From positions 8,013 through 72,012 of the forward strand of contig CAYWES010000003.1 of NCBI GenBank assembly GCA_964457625.1: a stretch of DNA of 64,000 bases, written 5' to 3'. This DNA comes from an uncultured Candidatus Saccharibacteria bacterium. GTDB taxonomy: Bacteria > Patescibacteriota > Minisyncoccia > Phycocordibacterales > UBA1550. This document shows positions 45,098 to 54,391 of the stretch, piece after piece (the first letter of the stretch is position 1; each line of letters opens with the position of its first letter). A program made the position numbers and the translations under genes. The notes beneath the pieces are model-generated. The model was not told where the DNA came from and did no database searches. It saw only the letters and a program-made list of their open reading frames with translations.

Positions 45098-46204
45098 ATG
45101 AAAGTATATTGTAATCGTGAGCTCCTTCAAAAAAATATTGCGAGCGCAGACCGTATTACGGGAAAGAATTTATCACTTCCCATATTAAATACCGTTCTTA
45201 TTGTTGCGGAACAAAAAGAACTCGTTATTCGATCAACAAATCTTGAGGTGGGTGTTGAGTTTAGGGTACCCGCTTCGGTGGAAGTGAAGGGCTCCATAGC
45301 TCTTCCGGGGTCTCTTTTAGCAAACACTCTCGCGGTTATACAAGACGAGGAAGATATAGCGCTTTCTGTAGAACAAGGAGTCTCTACTATAAAAACAAAA
45401 TCAAAAACCCTTACCGTAAAAGGGTTCTCTCCGGATGATTTCCCCACTATCCCCATAATACAAGATGGTGATTCCTTTACTATTTCTGTAGAAGACTTTA
45501 TACAAGGTGTTAAGTCTGTGGTTATGAGCTCTTCTCAGTCTGAAGTTAAACCCGAGATTTCGAGTGTGTATATTCATCAAAAAGAACACGATTCAATAAC
45601 ATTTGTTGCAACAGATGGGTTTAGGCTTTCAGAAAAAACAATAAAAGAAGGAAAGATAACCCTTTCTCAGGGAGTTATTATCCCCATTAAAAACATCCAA
45701 GAAATAATAAGACTTTTTGATGGAATAGAGGGGGACATGCAGGTTGTTGTTTCAAAAAACCAAATCTCTTTTACGGGGGAGAATTTTTATATAACTTCAA
45801 GGGTTATTCAAGGTATCTACCCTGATTATGGTCAAATTATTCCAAAAGGAAATACCACAGAAGTTATTCTCATTAAAGAGGATCTTCTTAATGCATTAAA
45901 ACTATCCTCATTTTTTGCGGATAAGTTTAATAATGTAGTGTTTTTGATAGACCCTCAACAAAAAATATTTTCCATAACCACAAAAAATAATGATATAGGA
46001 GAAATAGTGTCCCATATTCCCAGCACCCTTAACGGAGAATCAATCACCATTACTCTTAATGGAAGACATATAAGTGATGTTCTCTCTGTTATTCAAAGGG
46101 ATAGTGTTTCTTTGGGATTTAATGGGTCCGACAAAGCTGTTGTGGTGAAGGGGCTTGGGGATGAATCATTTACCTACCTTTCTATGCCCCTCAATAGAAT
46201 ATAA
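45098..46204 (+). CDS. dnaN: DNA polymerase III beta sliding clamp
   Basis: 368 aa, three-domain beta clamp, in the position after dnaA. Confidence 0.88.
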   Translation: MKVYCNRELLQKNIASADRITGKNLSLPILNTVLIVAEQKELVIRSTNLEVGVEFRVPASVEVKGSIALPGSLLANTLAVIQDEEDIALSVEQGVSTIKTKSKTLTVKGFSPDDFPTIPIIQDGDSFTISVEDFIQGVKSVVMSSSQSEVKPEISSVYIHQKEHDSITFVATDGFRLSEKTIKEGKITLSQGVIIPIKNIQEIIRLFDGIEGDMQVVVSKNQISFTGENFYITSRVIQGIYPDYGQIIPKGNTTEVILIKEDLLNALKLSSFFADKFNNVVFLIDPQQKIFSITTKNNDIGEIVSHIPSTLNGESITITLNGRHISDVLSVIQRDSVSLGFNGSDKAVVVKGLGDESFTYLSMPLNRI

Positions 46205-46212
46205 ACCCCTTT

Positions 46213-46470
46213 ATGTTGAAGATAAGTGATCTCCTATCAAGGTTTAATAACTCCATTTTTCAAGAGCGAAAAAGGATAGAAACCATACACACTGTTTTAA
46301 AAGAAAAACTAACTATAGATGTCCCTTATTCCTCAATAAAAATAAAGAATTCTATTATCTATATTACCGCTCACCATATTATAAAAACAGAAATTCTTCT
46401 TAAAAAAGAAGAATTTCTAGAAGAGTTTAAAAAAACACCAACACTCTCATTTATTACTGATATTCAGTAA
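46213..46470 (+). CDS. DUF721-like small protein (DciA-like position downstream of dnaN)
   Basis: 85 aa ORF. Its position and size match DUF721 family genes found after dnaN. The sequence assignment is tentative. Confidence 0.45.
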   Translation: MLKISDLLSRFNNSIFQERKRIETIHTVLKEKLTIDVPYSSIKIKNSIIYITAHHIIKTEILLKKEEFLEEFKKTPTLSFITDIQ

Positions 46471-46471
46471 T

Positions 46472-48808
46472 TTATTGAATGGTTGGAATTTGTATAATAC
46501 CCTGAAATGAGTCCGATCCTCCTTGTAGGATAAATGAAGATGTGTCTTCTGGTGGAATATTGCTTCGATCACCCTCTGTAATATTTTGTGACTCCACCCA
46601 CGCACGGATAGGGGTTTCCCAAAGAGTAAATTGAGGATCGTTTAGAGGGTTTTGTGGTTGTGGACCGAGGGGGTTGCGTTTGTCTACCCAATAGAGGATA
46701 GAGTGTACTTCTGGAACCACAATAACCTGCTTCATGGACTCTAAGGTTGATTCGTTCGCAAGACTCCCTGTTGAGGTGTCGATAATATATTTTTCTCCAC
46801 CTTGCCAGATTCCTTGGAGGGGAGCAGGGAGGTCAAAGTTTTGTGTTGAGTTTGGTTTTGTAAAAAGAGGAGAGGGGATGATGGCAAGCGCCTCATTCAT
46901 TGCGCTTCTCCAAATGGGAGCAATAACCATGCCCGCAACATTTTTGTTAATCGGTTTGTTATTATTGTTTCCCGCCCAAATCCCTAGAGCGATAGTGGGA
47001 GTGTACCCAATAGTCCACACATCGTGATAATCATTTGTGGTACCTGTTTTTACCGCAACATCATTTTGGGAGAAAAAGAGTGGTGAGTTTGGTCCAAACG
47101 CGGGAGTTCGCGCTATGTTGTCGCTCAGAATATTGGTAATCTGTCGAGCAACCTCACGAGGGATAACCTCCTCAGGCTTTGAGGAAAATTCTTCAATAAT
47201 ATTTCCCTGCTTGTCTTCAACACGAAGTATTGAGACAGGAGTATGGCGAACCCCCTCATTTGCAAGAACACCGTATGCACTTGTAAGCTCAAGGAGGGAA
47301 ACTTCTCCTCCTCCCAACACAAGGGTTAGTCCGTATCGCGCCGGGTTATTAAGACTTGTGATTCCCACATCACGCATTGTTTTGAGCGCGTCTTGCATCC
47401 CTGTTAAATAAAGTGCCTTTACCGCAGGTATATTGAGTGATTGCGCAAGTGCGTCACGAACTGAGATGGGGCCACGATACGCACCGTCGTAGTTTTGAGG
47501 CATATAACAATCAGTCTCGTACATTCCCGCGACGAGAGGGTTTCCATATGGGTCACAATTTGTACTAAAGTTTGTGGGAAGGTCAAAAAGGACCGTCTCT
47601 GGAGTGTATCCCTTCATAAAGAGACTTGCGTATACAAATGGTTTAAGAGTTGATCCCGGCTGACGGTTGGGGGCGGTGGTAACATTGAAGTTTCCCTCGC
47701 GCTCAATATCAAAATAATCACGAGATCCAACCATTGCGAGGATATGCCCATTTCGTGGATCGACTGCGACAATACCCATGTTACCCGCTGAAAATCGCGC
47801 TTCAATATCTGCTCCGGATTCTTTCGCTATCTTCTCTGCTTGTTCTTGGAGTTCGTAATTAAGAGTTGTTATGACTTTGTACCCGTTTTCTTCCACGGCT
47901 TGTTCTCCATATTTATTCGCGAGGTATTCTCGAACCAACATCACAAAGTGAGGTGCCTTTATTCCCTCAGACGATCTGGGGAGAAATTCAACCACCTCAG
48001 CAAGGGCTTGGTTGTATTCTTCTTCCGTGATAAATCCCAGGGTAAGAGCTCGTTTAAGGATGAAGTTCTTCCTATTCTCGAGCGCTTCGCGGTTGTTTCC
48101 ATAAGGGGAGTAGCGCGTAGGTGCGTTGGGGATTGCGGCGAGGTAGGCTGATTGTGCCAGTGTAATGTCCTTTGGTTCAATATTAAAGAATAGGCGCGTC
48201 GCCTCTCCGATACCATACACATTTCCTCCATAAGGGATTTCGTTGAGATAGAGCTCAAGAATTTCATCTTTTGAGAATACTTGTTCAAGTTTTATGGAAA
48301 GAATCCACTCCTTTATCTTTCGAGTCGCGGTCTTTTGGTCAACAAGAAGTGTTTTTTTGATTACCTGCTGGGTGATGGTTGACCCTCCTTGTTGGTATCC
48401 TCTCCCCAAGAGGTTTGCGAGGATTGCTCGAATCGTAGATTGTATACGAATGCCGTGGTGCTCATAAAAACTCGCGTCTTCTACCACGACAACGAGTTTT
48501 TTGAGATCATCTGATATATCCTCGAGGGGTACAAGGGTTCTCTTGATGTCGTCGTGGACACTATAGAGGAGTATTTCTCCTGTGTGGTCATAGATTTTTG
48601 TAGATTCAACAATCTTTCTGTCGTGAAAGGTGTTGAAGTCGGGAAGCTTAATGAACGCAACCACGAGCGCGATGATGCCCAACACCACAAAAATTCCCGC
48701 AACTCCCAAGATGAGAATACTTTTTATATGGCGAAGGAGAGTCTTTCTGACGCGCTTGAGCAGGGGTTTGGTTTTTTTCATATAAATTATTTCGACATAA
48801 TACCACAA
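46472..48808 (-). CDS. Class A penicillin-binding protein (transglycosylase plus transpeptidase) with a C-terminal extension
   Basis: 778 aa with an N-terminal TM, GT51 motifs (EDASFYEHHGI, GGSTITQQ), and transpeptidase SXXK (STLKP), SXN and KTG. Confidence 0.88.
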   Translation of the reverse strand: MWYYVEIIYMKKTKPLLKRVRKTLLRHIKSILILGVAGIFVVLGIIALVVAFIKLPDFNTFHDRKIVESTKIYDHTGEILLYSVHDDIKRTLVPLEDISDDLKKLVVVVEDASFYEHHGIRIQSTIRAILANLLGRGYQQGGSTITQQVIKKTLLVDQKTATRKIKEWILSIKLEQVFSKDEILELYLNEIPYGGNVYGIGEATRLFFNIEPKDITLAQSAYLAAIPNAPTRYSPYGNNREALENRKNFILKRALTLGFITEEEYNQALAEVVEFLPRSSEGIKAPHFVMLVREYLANKYGEQAVEENGYKVITTLNYELQEQAEKIAKESGADIEARFSAGNMGIVAVDPRNGHILAMVGSRDYFDIEREGNFNVTTAPNRQPGSTLKPFVYASLFMKGYTPETVLFDLPTNFSTNCDPYGNPLVAGMYETDCYMPQNYDGAYRGPISVRDALAQSLNIPAVKALYLTGMQDALKTMRDVGITSLNNPARYGLTLVLGGGEVSLLELTSAYGVLANEGVRHTPVSILRVEDKQGNIIEEFSSKPEEVIPREVARQITNILSDNIARTPAFGPNSPLFFSQNDVAVKTGTTNDYHDVWTIGYTPTIALGIWAGNNNNKPINKNVAGMVIAPIWRSAMNEALAIIPSPLFTKPNSTQNFDLPAPLQGIWQGGEKYIIDTSTGSLANESTLESMKQVIVVPEVHSILYWVDKRNPLGPQPQNPLNDPQFTLWETPIRAWVESQNITEGDRSNIPPEDTSSFILQGGSDSFQGIIQIPTIQ

Positions 48809-48856
48809 AAGTTGTGAGTAGGCGAGTGTTTTGCCTATGTGATATTATGAAGTTCT

Positions 48857-50041
48857 ATGAACAAAGATGCTCTTGAAGATGTTCTCACCCGAGGGGTCGC
48901 GGAGGTTATTCCCGGCGTTGATGTGTTACGCGAAAAACTTTCTTCAGGTAAACCGCTTCGTATAAAATTTGGTATCGATCCCACAAGTCCTCACATTCAC
49001 CTCGGGCGTGCGGTGCTCATTCGCAAGCTCCGCGATTTTCAAGACCTCGGACACACCATCGTATTTATTATTGGTGATTTTACGGGCGTCATTGGTGACA
49101 CCTCGGACAAGGAGAGCGAGCGCCCCATGCTCACACGAGAGGACGTTGAGCAGAATCTCAAAACATATTTTGAGCAGGTGGGGAAGATTTTGGATATGTC
49201 AAAAGTTCTCCTCCACCGCAACACTGAATGGCTTGAAAAACTTACCTATAGAGAAATCACTGAGCACGCCGATGTGTTTTCTGTGTCTGACTTTATTGCG
49301 CGTGACAATATCAAGCGTCGCCTCGACCAAGGTAAGCGCGTATCATTACGAGAAGTGTTGTATCCTCTCATGCAAGGGTATGACAGTGTTGCGATTCAGT
49401 CAGATATAGAAATAGGGGGAACGGATCAAAAGTTCAACCTCCTTTCAGGGAGAAAACTCCAAGAACATTTTGGTCAAGAACCACAAGGGATTTTGACCTG
49501 CTCAATCCTTGAAGGGTTGGACGGGCGAAAAATGAGCTCAAGCTGGGGTAATGGTATTTTCCTCATCGACAGCGCGCAGGATATGGTGGGGAAGATAATG
49601 AGCCTTCGTGACGAGCTTATTCATACGTACTTTGTGCAGGCGACACGAGTACCTCTCGACACCATCGCAGAGTATGATGGGCGTATCACTGCGGGAGAAA
49701 ATCCACGAGACATAAAACTCATTCTCGCGGAAGAAGTCGCCGCGCTCTATCATGGGCGAGAAGAAGCGATTCGTGCGCGCGAGGGATTTGTCGCGACATT
49801 TCAAAAAAAGGAAATCCCCGAAGACCTCACAGAAATTCAAAAAGGAGAATACAAAACACTCGGAGACCTCCTTGTGGGAGAAAAGATTGTTGAGTCAAAG
49901 ACCGATTGGAAGCGCCTCATTGATGATGGCGCGGTGAAGCGCCTCTCAGAGGATAGTGAAGAAAAAATAGAAGACTACAAAACACCTCCAACTCCCGGTA
50001 TCTACAAAATCGGTAAGAAGCGTTTTGTGAAGGTGGTGTAG
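48857..50041 (+). CDS. tyrS: Tyrosine--tRNA ligase
   Basis: 394 aa with the HIGH-like HIHLGR, a KMSKS-like KMSSS, a TyrRS-type GDFTGVIGDTS segment and a C-terminal S4-like domain. Confidence 0.8.
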   Translation: MNKDALEDVLTRGVAEVIPGVDVLREKLSSGKPLRIKFGIDPTSPHIHLGRAVLIRKLRDFQDLGHTIVFIIGDFTGVIGDTSDKESERPMLTREDVEQNLKTYFEQVGKILDMSKVLLHRNTEWLEKLTYREITEHADVFSVSDFIARDNIKRRLDQGKRVSLREVLYPLMQGYDSVAIQSDIEIGGTDQKFNLLSGRKLQEHFGQEPQGILTCSILEGLDGRKMSSSWGNGIFLIDSAQDMVGKIMSLRDELIHTYFVQATRVPLDTIAEYDGRITAGENPRDIKLILAEEVAALYHGREEAIRAREGFVATFQKKEIPEDLTEIQKGEYKTLGDLLVGEKIVESKTDWKRLIDDGAVKRLSEDSEEKIEDYKTPPTPGIYKIGKKRFVKVV

Positions 50042-50049
50042 GAATTGTT

Positions 50050-50082
50050 TAAGCCCCGCGCACTTCGTGCGCGGGGCTTTTG
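50050..50082. terminator. Rho-independent terminator after tyrS
   Basis: AAGCCCCGCGCAC-TTCG-GTGCGCGGGGCTTTT. Confidence 0.8.
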
Positions 50083-50126
50083 TATTTCTAAAAAAGTTTT
50101 CCACACATTTTCCTTGCCAACCGCAT

Positions 50127-50137
50127 GGGGGGGGGGG
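50127..50137. repeat. G11 homopolymer 13 nt upstream of the ATG of the secreted-protein gene at 50151 (slipped-strand phase-variation candidate)
   Basis: Seen directly. An 11-nt mononucleotide run in a roughly 50% GC genome, placed between the promoter and the start codon. Confidence 0.6.
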
Positions 50138-50150
50138 TAATATATAGAGT

Positions 50151-51575
50151 ATGAAACACATATTCACCACCCTTCGCTCTTTTATCAAACCATTATCCCT
50201 CGCACTCATCCTCTCCCTTGGCATGGGTATCGCCTATGCTTGGACTGCACCCACCGCACAACCTCCAAATGGCAACACTTCCACACCACTCAACGTAAGT
50301 GATGAACCACAAACCAAATCAGGCCCCCTCCGATTTTCCCAAGGAGTAACCCTCGGAAACGTAAGCTCTCTCATCCCCTGTGGAGAAAACCTTGTGGGAA
50401 GACTCATCTCCCATCTCACGAACCTTGTATACTGTGATGGAGTAGAGTGGAAGGAATTGAGTGGTACGGCTGTGGTAGAAACGCCTCAATTTCCTTCTGC
50501 AATAACCGTCACCCCACTTCTCCATACAAATCAGAATCTTACCAAGACCCCTTCAAATGACGCGTTCTTTGCCGCCATAGGGCATCCCATCCGTCTTAGA
50601 ATCGCAGTCACTTCCGACCTTCATAGTTGCACATGGGAAGGAACGCGCAATGGAAGTGATTTTAAAGAAAATCTTCCTTCCATATTCCCCCACGATACTT
50701 CATCGTTTCATGTTGTCTCGGTTCCTCCTATTACCAACAACAACATCACTCCATATACCTCACAGAATCTAAAAGATCATTATTTCTATACGGTAACGTG
50801 TGTTTCCTATCCAACAAACAAGGAAGTCAGCACAAGAGTGGCGATTAAGTTGGTTCTCTATAAAAGCATTGGCGCAGGGTTAAGTACTGGTAAGTTTGGA
50901 GAAAGCTTCGCAGACTTCTTGAAAAGAAGAGGAAATGGTGTCGCGGGGCAAGCAGTGGTTTCCAATACCGAAATACTGTATAAGGGGTATCCTCACGGTT
51001 CTAGTACACTTCATTACGGGTACGATTCTCCTTCTTCCCCTGCGGGGACGCAAAATGGACAAGCTATGGGTACGTATAGATCGTGCCACGTCAATGTTTT
51101 AGAAAACATATATCCTTCATATTTCTCATATCACTCTTATGAAAAGCTGGAAGAGTATCTCAAAGATAATAAAGGGAAGAACACACCCTTTAAAATGATG
51201 TCTCAGTCGGGGAATGTCTCAAAAGCTAATACATGTGAACCCCAGGACAGGAATCTAATAGAGACCCTGACAGCTTCTGGTCTATCTCCAAGGGCTTGTG
51301 TGGTGAAACACCAAGGCGATTATGGTGTATCGTATTTGAGATGCGTTAGCCTGGGGAAGTATGACTTCCAGTACCACCAGACAGGAGGTTTTCCTTCTGC
51401 GAGATCGGCTAGTTTTACATATGTTGGCGAACCCAACTCCCCCAACAGTCCCGACGTGCGCTGGCTCCCTATTACTCATAAGAGCACCGACATGATACCC
51501 ACGATTTCCTCCCACAGAAGAATTACTGGTCTGACTTCCGCCCCCACAATAGACATATTCACCCCTCGCCCATAA
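50151..51575 (+). CDS. Hypothetical secreted protein (signal peptide; Cys-, Tyr- and Ser-rich 450-aa mature domain)
   Basis: ORF with signal peptide MKHIFTTLRSFIKPLSLALILSLGMGIAYA. No known domain. Confidence 0.5.
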   Translation: MKHIFTTLRSFIKPLSLALILSLGMGIAYAWTAPTAQPPNGNTSTPLNVSDEPQTKSGPLRFSQGVTLGNVSSLIPCGENLVGRLISHLTNLVYCDGVEWKELSGTAVVETPQFPSAITVTPLLHTNQNLTKTPSNDAFFAAIGHPIRLRIAVTSDLHSCTWEGTRNGSDFKENLPSIFPHDTSSFHVVSVPPITNNNITPYTSQNLKDHYFYTVTCVSYPTNKEVSTRVAIKLVLYKSIGAGLSTGKFGESFADFLKRRGNGVAGQAVVSNTEILYKGYPHGSSTLHYGYDSPSSPAGTQNGQAMGTYRSCHVNVLENIYPSYFSYHSYEKLEEYLKDNKGKNTPFKMMSQSGNVSKANTCEPQDRNLIETLTASGLSPRACVVKHQGDYGVSYLRCVSLGKYDFQYHQTGGFPSARSASFTYVGEPNSPNSPDVRWLPITHKSTDMIPTISSHRRITGLTSAPTIDIFTPRP

Positions 51576-51581
51576 CCCACC

Positions 51582-52154
51582 ATGCTTCATTCACCTTATC
51601 GCATCATTTTCCTTTGCACGGCTCTCGTTTTTGTGGGAGGTCTCATGGGGTATTTCCTGGGAGTCCACAACGGCAGGAAGGCATTTGAGCGGGAGATGCT
51701 CTTTCTTCCTCCCCTTGGTCAAGTGGACGAATCCACCATACTTTCTCTAGACATTGAACCCCTGTATCTCAATAATGAAAGCAATGAGCGGACGTTCTTT
51801 AGGACGTATCCCTCTTTGAACGAAGAAGGAGACGCACTCATCTTGAGTGAGCACCCCGAGGTCTGTGGGGGTGTGTGTACTTCCTTCACGCTCACTACCA
51901 CACTGCTCCAAAGTATCCCGCTTTTCGCGTTTAATGTTCAGGGAGAAGAAGCTCCTCTTACCCTCCCAACCCCAGAAGATTTTATTACCCGCTACTACAT
52001 GGCAGAGGTATACATGAGTGACACCGCTACCACAGAAACCACCATTGAAATCTCTATCCCCAGGGAACCCTCTGTATCTTACCTGGACACCGTCTATGTA
52101 GAGGACTATGAGGAGAACAAGGAGAGGTATATTGAGAGGATTGTCTTCTTTTAA
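51582..52154 (+). CDS. Hypothetical membrane-anchored protein
   Basis: 190 aa ORF with an N-terminal TM helix (IIFLCTALVFVGGLMGYFLGV). It appears co-transcribed with the gene at 50151. Confidence 0.45.
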   Translation: MLHSPYRIIFLCTALVFVGGLMGYFLGVHNGRKAFEREMLFLPPLGQVDESTILSLDIEPLYLNNESNERTFFRTYPSLNEEGDALILSEHPEVCGGVCTSFTLTTTLLQSIPLFAFNVQGEEAPLTLPTPEDFITRYYMAEVYMSDTATTETTIEISIPREPSVSYLDTVYVEDYEENKERYIERIVFF

Positions 52155-52189
52155 TCTTCGCACGGGCCCTCACGGAAGTTGGACATACA

Positions 52190-52228
52190 AAAAACACCTT
52201 TCCCTTTGTAAAAGGAAAGGTGTTTTTG
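52190..52228. terminator. Bidirectional rho-independent terminator
   Basis: AAAAACACCTTTCCTTTT-GT-AAAAGGAAAGGTGTTTTT. Confidence 0.75.
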
Positions 52229-52249
52229 ATTTTATATACCCCGCGACTT

Positions 52250-52402
52250 ACTCTTCGTACTCGCGCTCGTTTCCAAGGGAGAAACCGAAATCATCAGGTG
52301 CTTCAACGTCGAGTTCTTCGTCTCCGAGGTCAACAATACCTTCTTTCTCAAGCTCGGATCCCTCATCACCGGACATAAAGTCTTCATTCTCATCTGACAT
52401 AA
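52250..52402 (-). CDS. Possible small highly acidic protein (50 aa): MSDENEDFMSGDEGSELEKEGIVDLGDEELDVEAPDDFGFSLGNEREYEE
   Basis: Manual minus-strand translation. It lies between ruvC and the terminator. The overlapping plus-strand ORF 52108..52605 is low-complexity and judged spurious. Confidence 0.35.
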
Positions 52403-52570
52403 TAATATTTCAAAAATTTTTTCTTAATGATGGACAATATTACACTTCAAGAGATAGTGTAACCATATTTGTAACAAAAAGATTTTTTCAGTGCAAGACA
52501 TCAAAAACAAAACTGTGGATATTGTGTGGAAAGCTCCTATATGTGAAATATAACCTTGTAATACAAGGGT

Positions 52571-53047
52571 TTATGAGGGGTATTTTTGGTAGGCAAAATG
52601 AGTAATACCCACCGCGACCGCGTCCATTTCGTCGTCTTGGGTGAGCGTTGCCGCTTGGGGCACGATCTTTTGTACCATTTTTATCACCTGATCTTTTGTC
52701 GCCTTGCCATACCCCGTGGTTGCGGTCTTTATTTCAAGAGGAGTGTATTCATACACAGAAAGTCCTTCCTGCTCCGCGATGTAGAGAATCATCCCGCGCG
52801 TCTCCGCGACACGCATTGCTGTTTTTTGGTTCGTGGCGATAAAAAGATTTTCTATCGCAAGGGCGCTCGGACCATGTTCGTCGATAACACGACGCACTTC
52901 TTCACCGAGGAGCAAGAGTCGTTTGGTAAAGGGGAGAGAGGCGCTCGTTTTGAAACACTCCGAAAAGATGAGTTCCTCACGTGTTGATTTTTCAAGCACC
53001 GCGATGCCGAGGCGTTCGTATCCGGGGTCAATGGCAATGATACGCAT
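52571..53047 (-). CDS. ruvC: Holliday junction resolvase RuvC
   Basis: 158 aa; MRIIAIDPGYERLGIAV, the RuvC start, with catalytic acidic residues. Confidence 0.88.
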   Translation of the reverse strand: MRIIAIDPGYERLGIAVLEKSTREELIFSECFKTSASLPFTKRLLLLGEEVRRVIDEHGPSALAIENLFIATNQKTAMRVAETRGMILYIAEQEGLSVYEYTPLEIKTATTGYGKATKDQVIKMVQKIVPQAATLTQDDEMDAVAVGITHFAYQKYPS

Positions 53048-53052
53048 GGTGG

Positions 53053-54099
53053 TTATTTCTCACGCTTTTCCTCAGGATAATCAAATCCAAGGTGTGTGTA
53101 TGCGCGCTCTGTGGCGACGCGACCGCGCGGAGTGCGCTCAATGAGCCCCAGTTGGAGCAGGTAGGGCTCGTTTACCTCCTCAATAGTAGAACCCTCTTCA
53201 GAGAGTGCCGAGGCAATCGTAGAAAGTCCCACGGGACCTCCATTGTATTTGTCGATAATCACCTCAAGGATCTTTCGATCAAGGGCGCTCAAGCCGAGTT
53301 CATCAATCTCAAGGAGCGCAAGCGCTTCACGTACCGCTTGAGGATCAGCATCACCGCGTTTCACTTGGGCAAAGTCGCGCACGCGCTTCAAGAGATAGTT
53401 TGCGGTGCGAGGGGTGGCTCTGCTCCGTTTTCCGATTTCAGCGATTGCTTCGGGAGAAAGATTGATACCCAAAATAGACGCGGATCGCTTGATGATATGC
53501 TCAACCTCTTCCGGGGTATAAAACTCAAGACGAAATGTTCCTCCCGAAAAGCGTGATCGGAGAGGAGACGAAATGAGCGCCACGCGCGTGGTCGCGGCGA
53601 TGAGGGTAAAGGGAGGGAGGTCGAGCTGAATCGTACGTGCACTCGGACCTTTTCCAATAATGATATCAAGCACGCCCGACTCCATGGCGGGGTAGAGCAC
53701 CTCCTCAATCATTTTGTTGAGCCGATGAATCTCATCAATAAACAAAATATCTCCCGGAGAAAGATTCGTAAGCACTGACGCAAGATCGCCCACCTTTTCT
53801 ATCGCGGGACCCGACGTTGTTTTGATTTGGCACCCCATCTCTTTTGCGATGAGGTGCGCGAGGGTTGTTTTGCCAAGTCCGGGAGGGCCGTAAAAGAGAA
53901 TATGCTCGGGAGGGTGCGCGCGTTCTTGGGCCGCTTGGAGCAAAATCTTGAGATTTTTTTTGATGGTTTCCTGTCCGATATAGTCGCTAAACGTATGCGG
54001 ACGGAGCGATGTATCCAAAAAAAGCGCTTCACCGGAAAGCCCTTGAGAATCAGTGCTCATTTCAGAATCTTGCTCGGGAAGAGGAGAATTGTTTGACAT
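53053..54099 (-). CDS. ruvB: Holliday junction branch-migration ATPase RuvB
   Basis: 348 aa with Walker [12 protein letters not shown], sensor motifs and a C-terminal winged helix. Confidence 0.9.
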   Translation of the reverse strand: MSNNSPLPEQDSEMSTDSQGLSGEALFLDTSLRPHTFSDYIGQETIKKNLKILLQAAQERAHPPEHILFYGPPGLGKTTLAHLIAKEMGCQIKTTSGPAIEKVGDLASVLTNLSPGDILFIDEIHRLNKMIEEVLYPAMESGVLDIIIGKGPSARTIQLDLPPFTLIAATTRVALISSPLRSRFSGGTFRLEFYTPEEVEHIIKRSASILGINLSPEAIAEIGKRSRATPRTANYLLKRVRDFAQVKRGDADPQAVREALALLEIDELGLSALDRKILEVIIDKYNGGPVGLSTIASALSEEGSTIEEVNEPYLLQLGLIERTPRGRVATERAYTHLGFDYPEEKREK

Positions 54100-54104
54100 A
54101 AAAA

Positions 54105-54290
54105 TCGTTTTGTGCTAGGATATACCCATCGATGATCGGTTGCCGGTCATCGCGTTTCTTTTCAAAAGATCCTCTACATAAATCTCTTACTGTTGGGTCC
54201 TCCGGGACTTACATGGTTTCGGACAAGGACGTGTCGGTGCATTACTTACGGTAGTGTCGCGGGTGCTATCCTTAGACCGTTTCTTAACCC
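54105..54290. ncRNA. Candidate structured RNA of unknown class in the 290-nt pilB2-ruvB intergenic region
   Basis: The ends are complementary (GCTAGGATAT ... ATCCTTAGAC-like pairing). Internal hairpins include GATGATCGG-TTGC-CGGTCATC and GGTCC-TCCG-GGAC. No convincing ORF. The strand is unknown. Confidence 0.25.
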
Positions 54291-54391
54291 AAACACTTGT
54301 TGATTGGGAATAGTATGAGGTTTATGTGGCGGATTTTTTTGTTCCTACTCCTTCTATATTATAGAGTTTGGCACGAAAAAACAAATGAGAA

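Noticed and set aside
52108-52605. 165-aa plus-strand ORF (Ser/Pro-rich, SSSSSP runs)
   Set aside because: Low-complexity composition. It is the antisense frame of a plausible small acidic minus-strand ORF, it spans a terminator hairpin, and it overlaps the 3' end of ruvC. Judged spurious.
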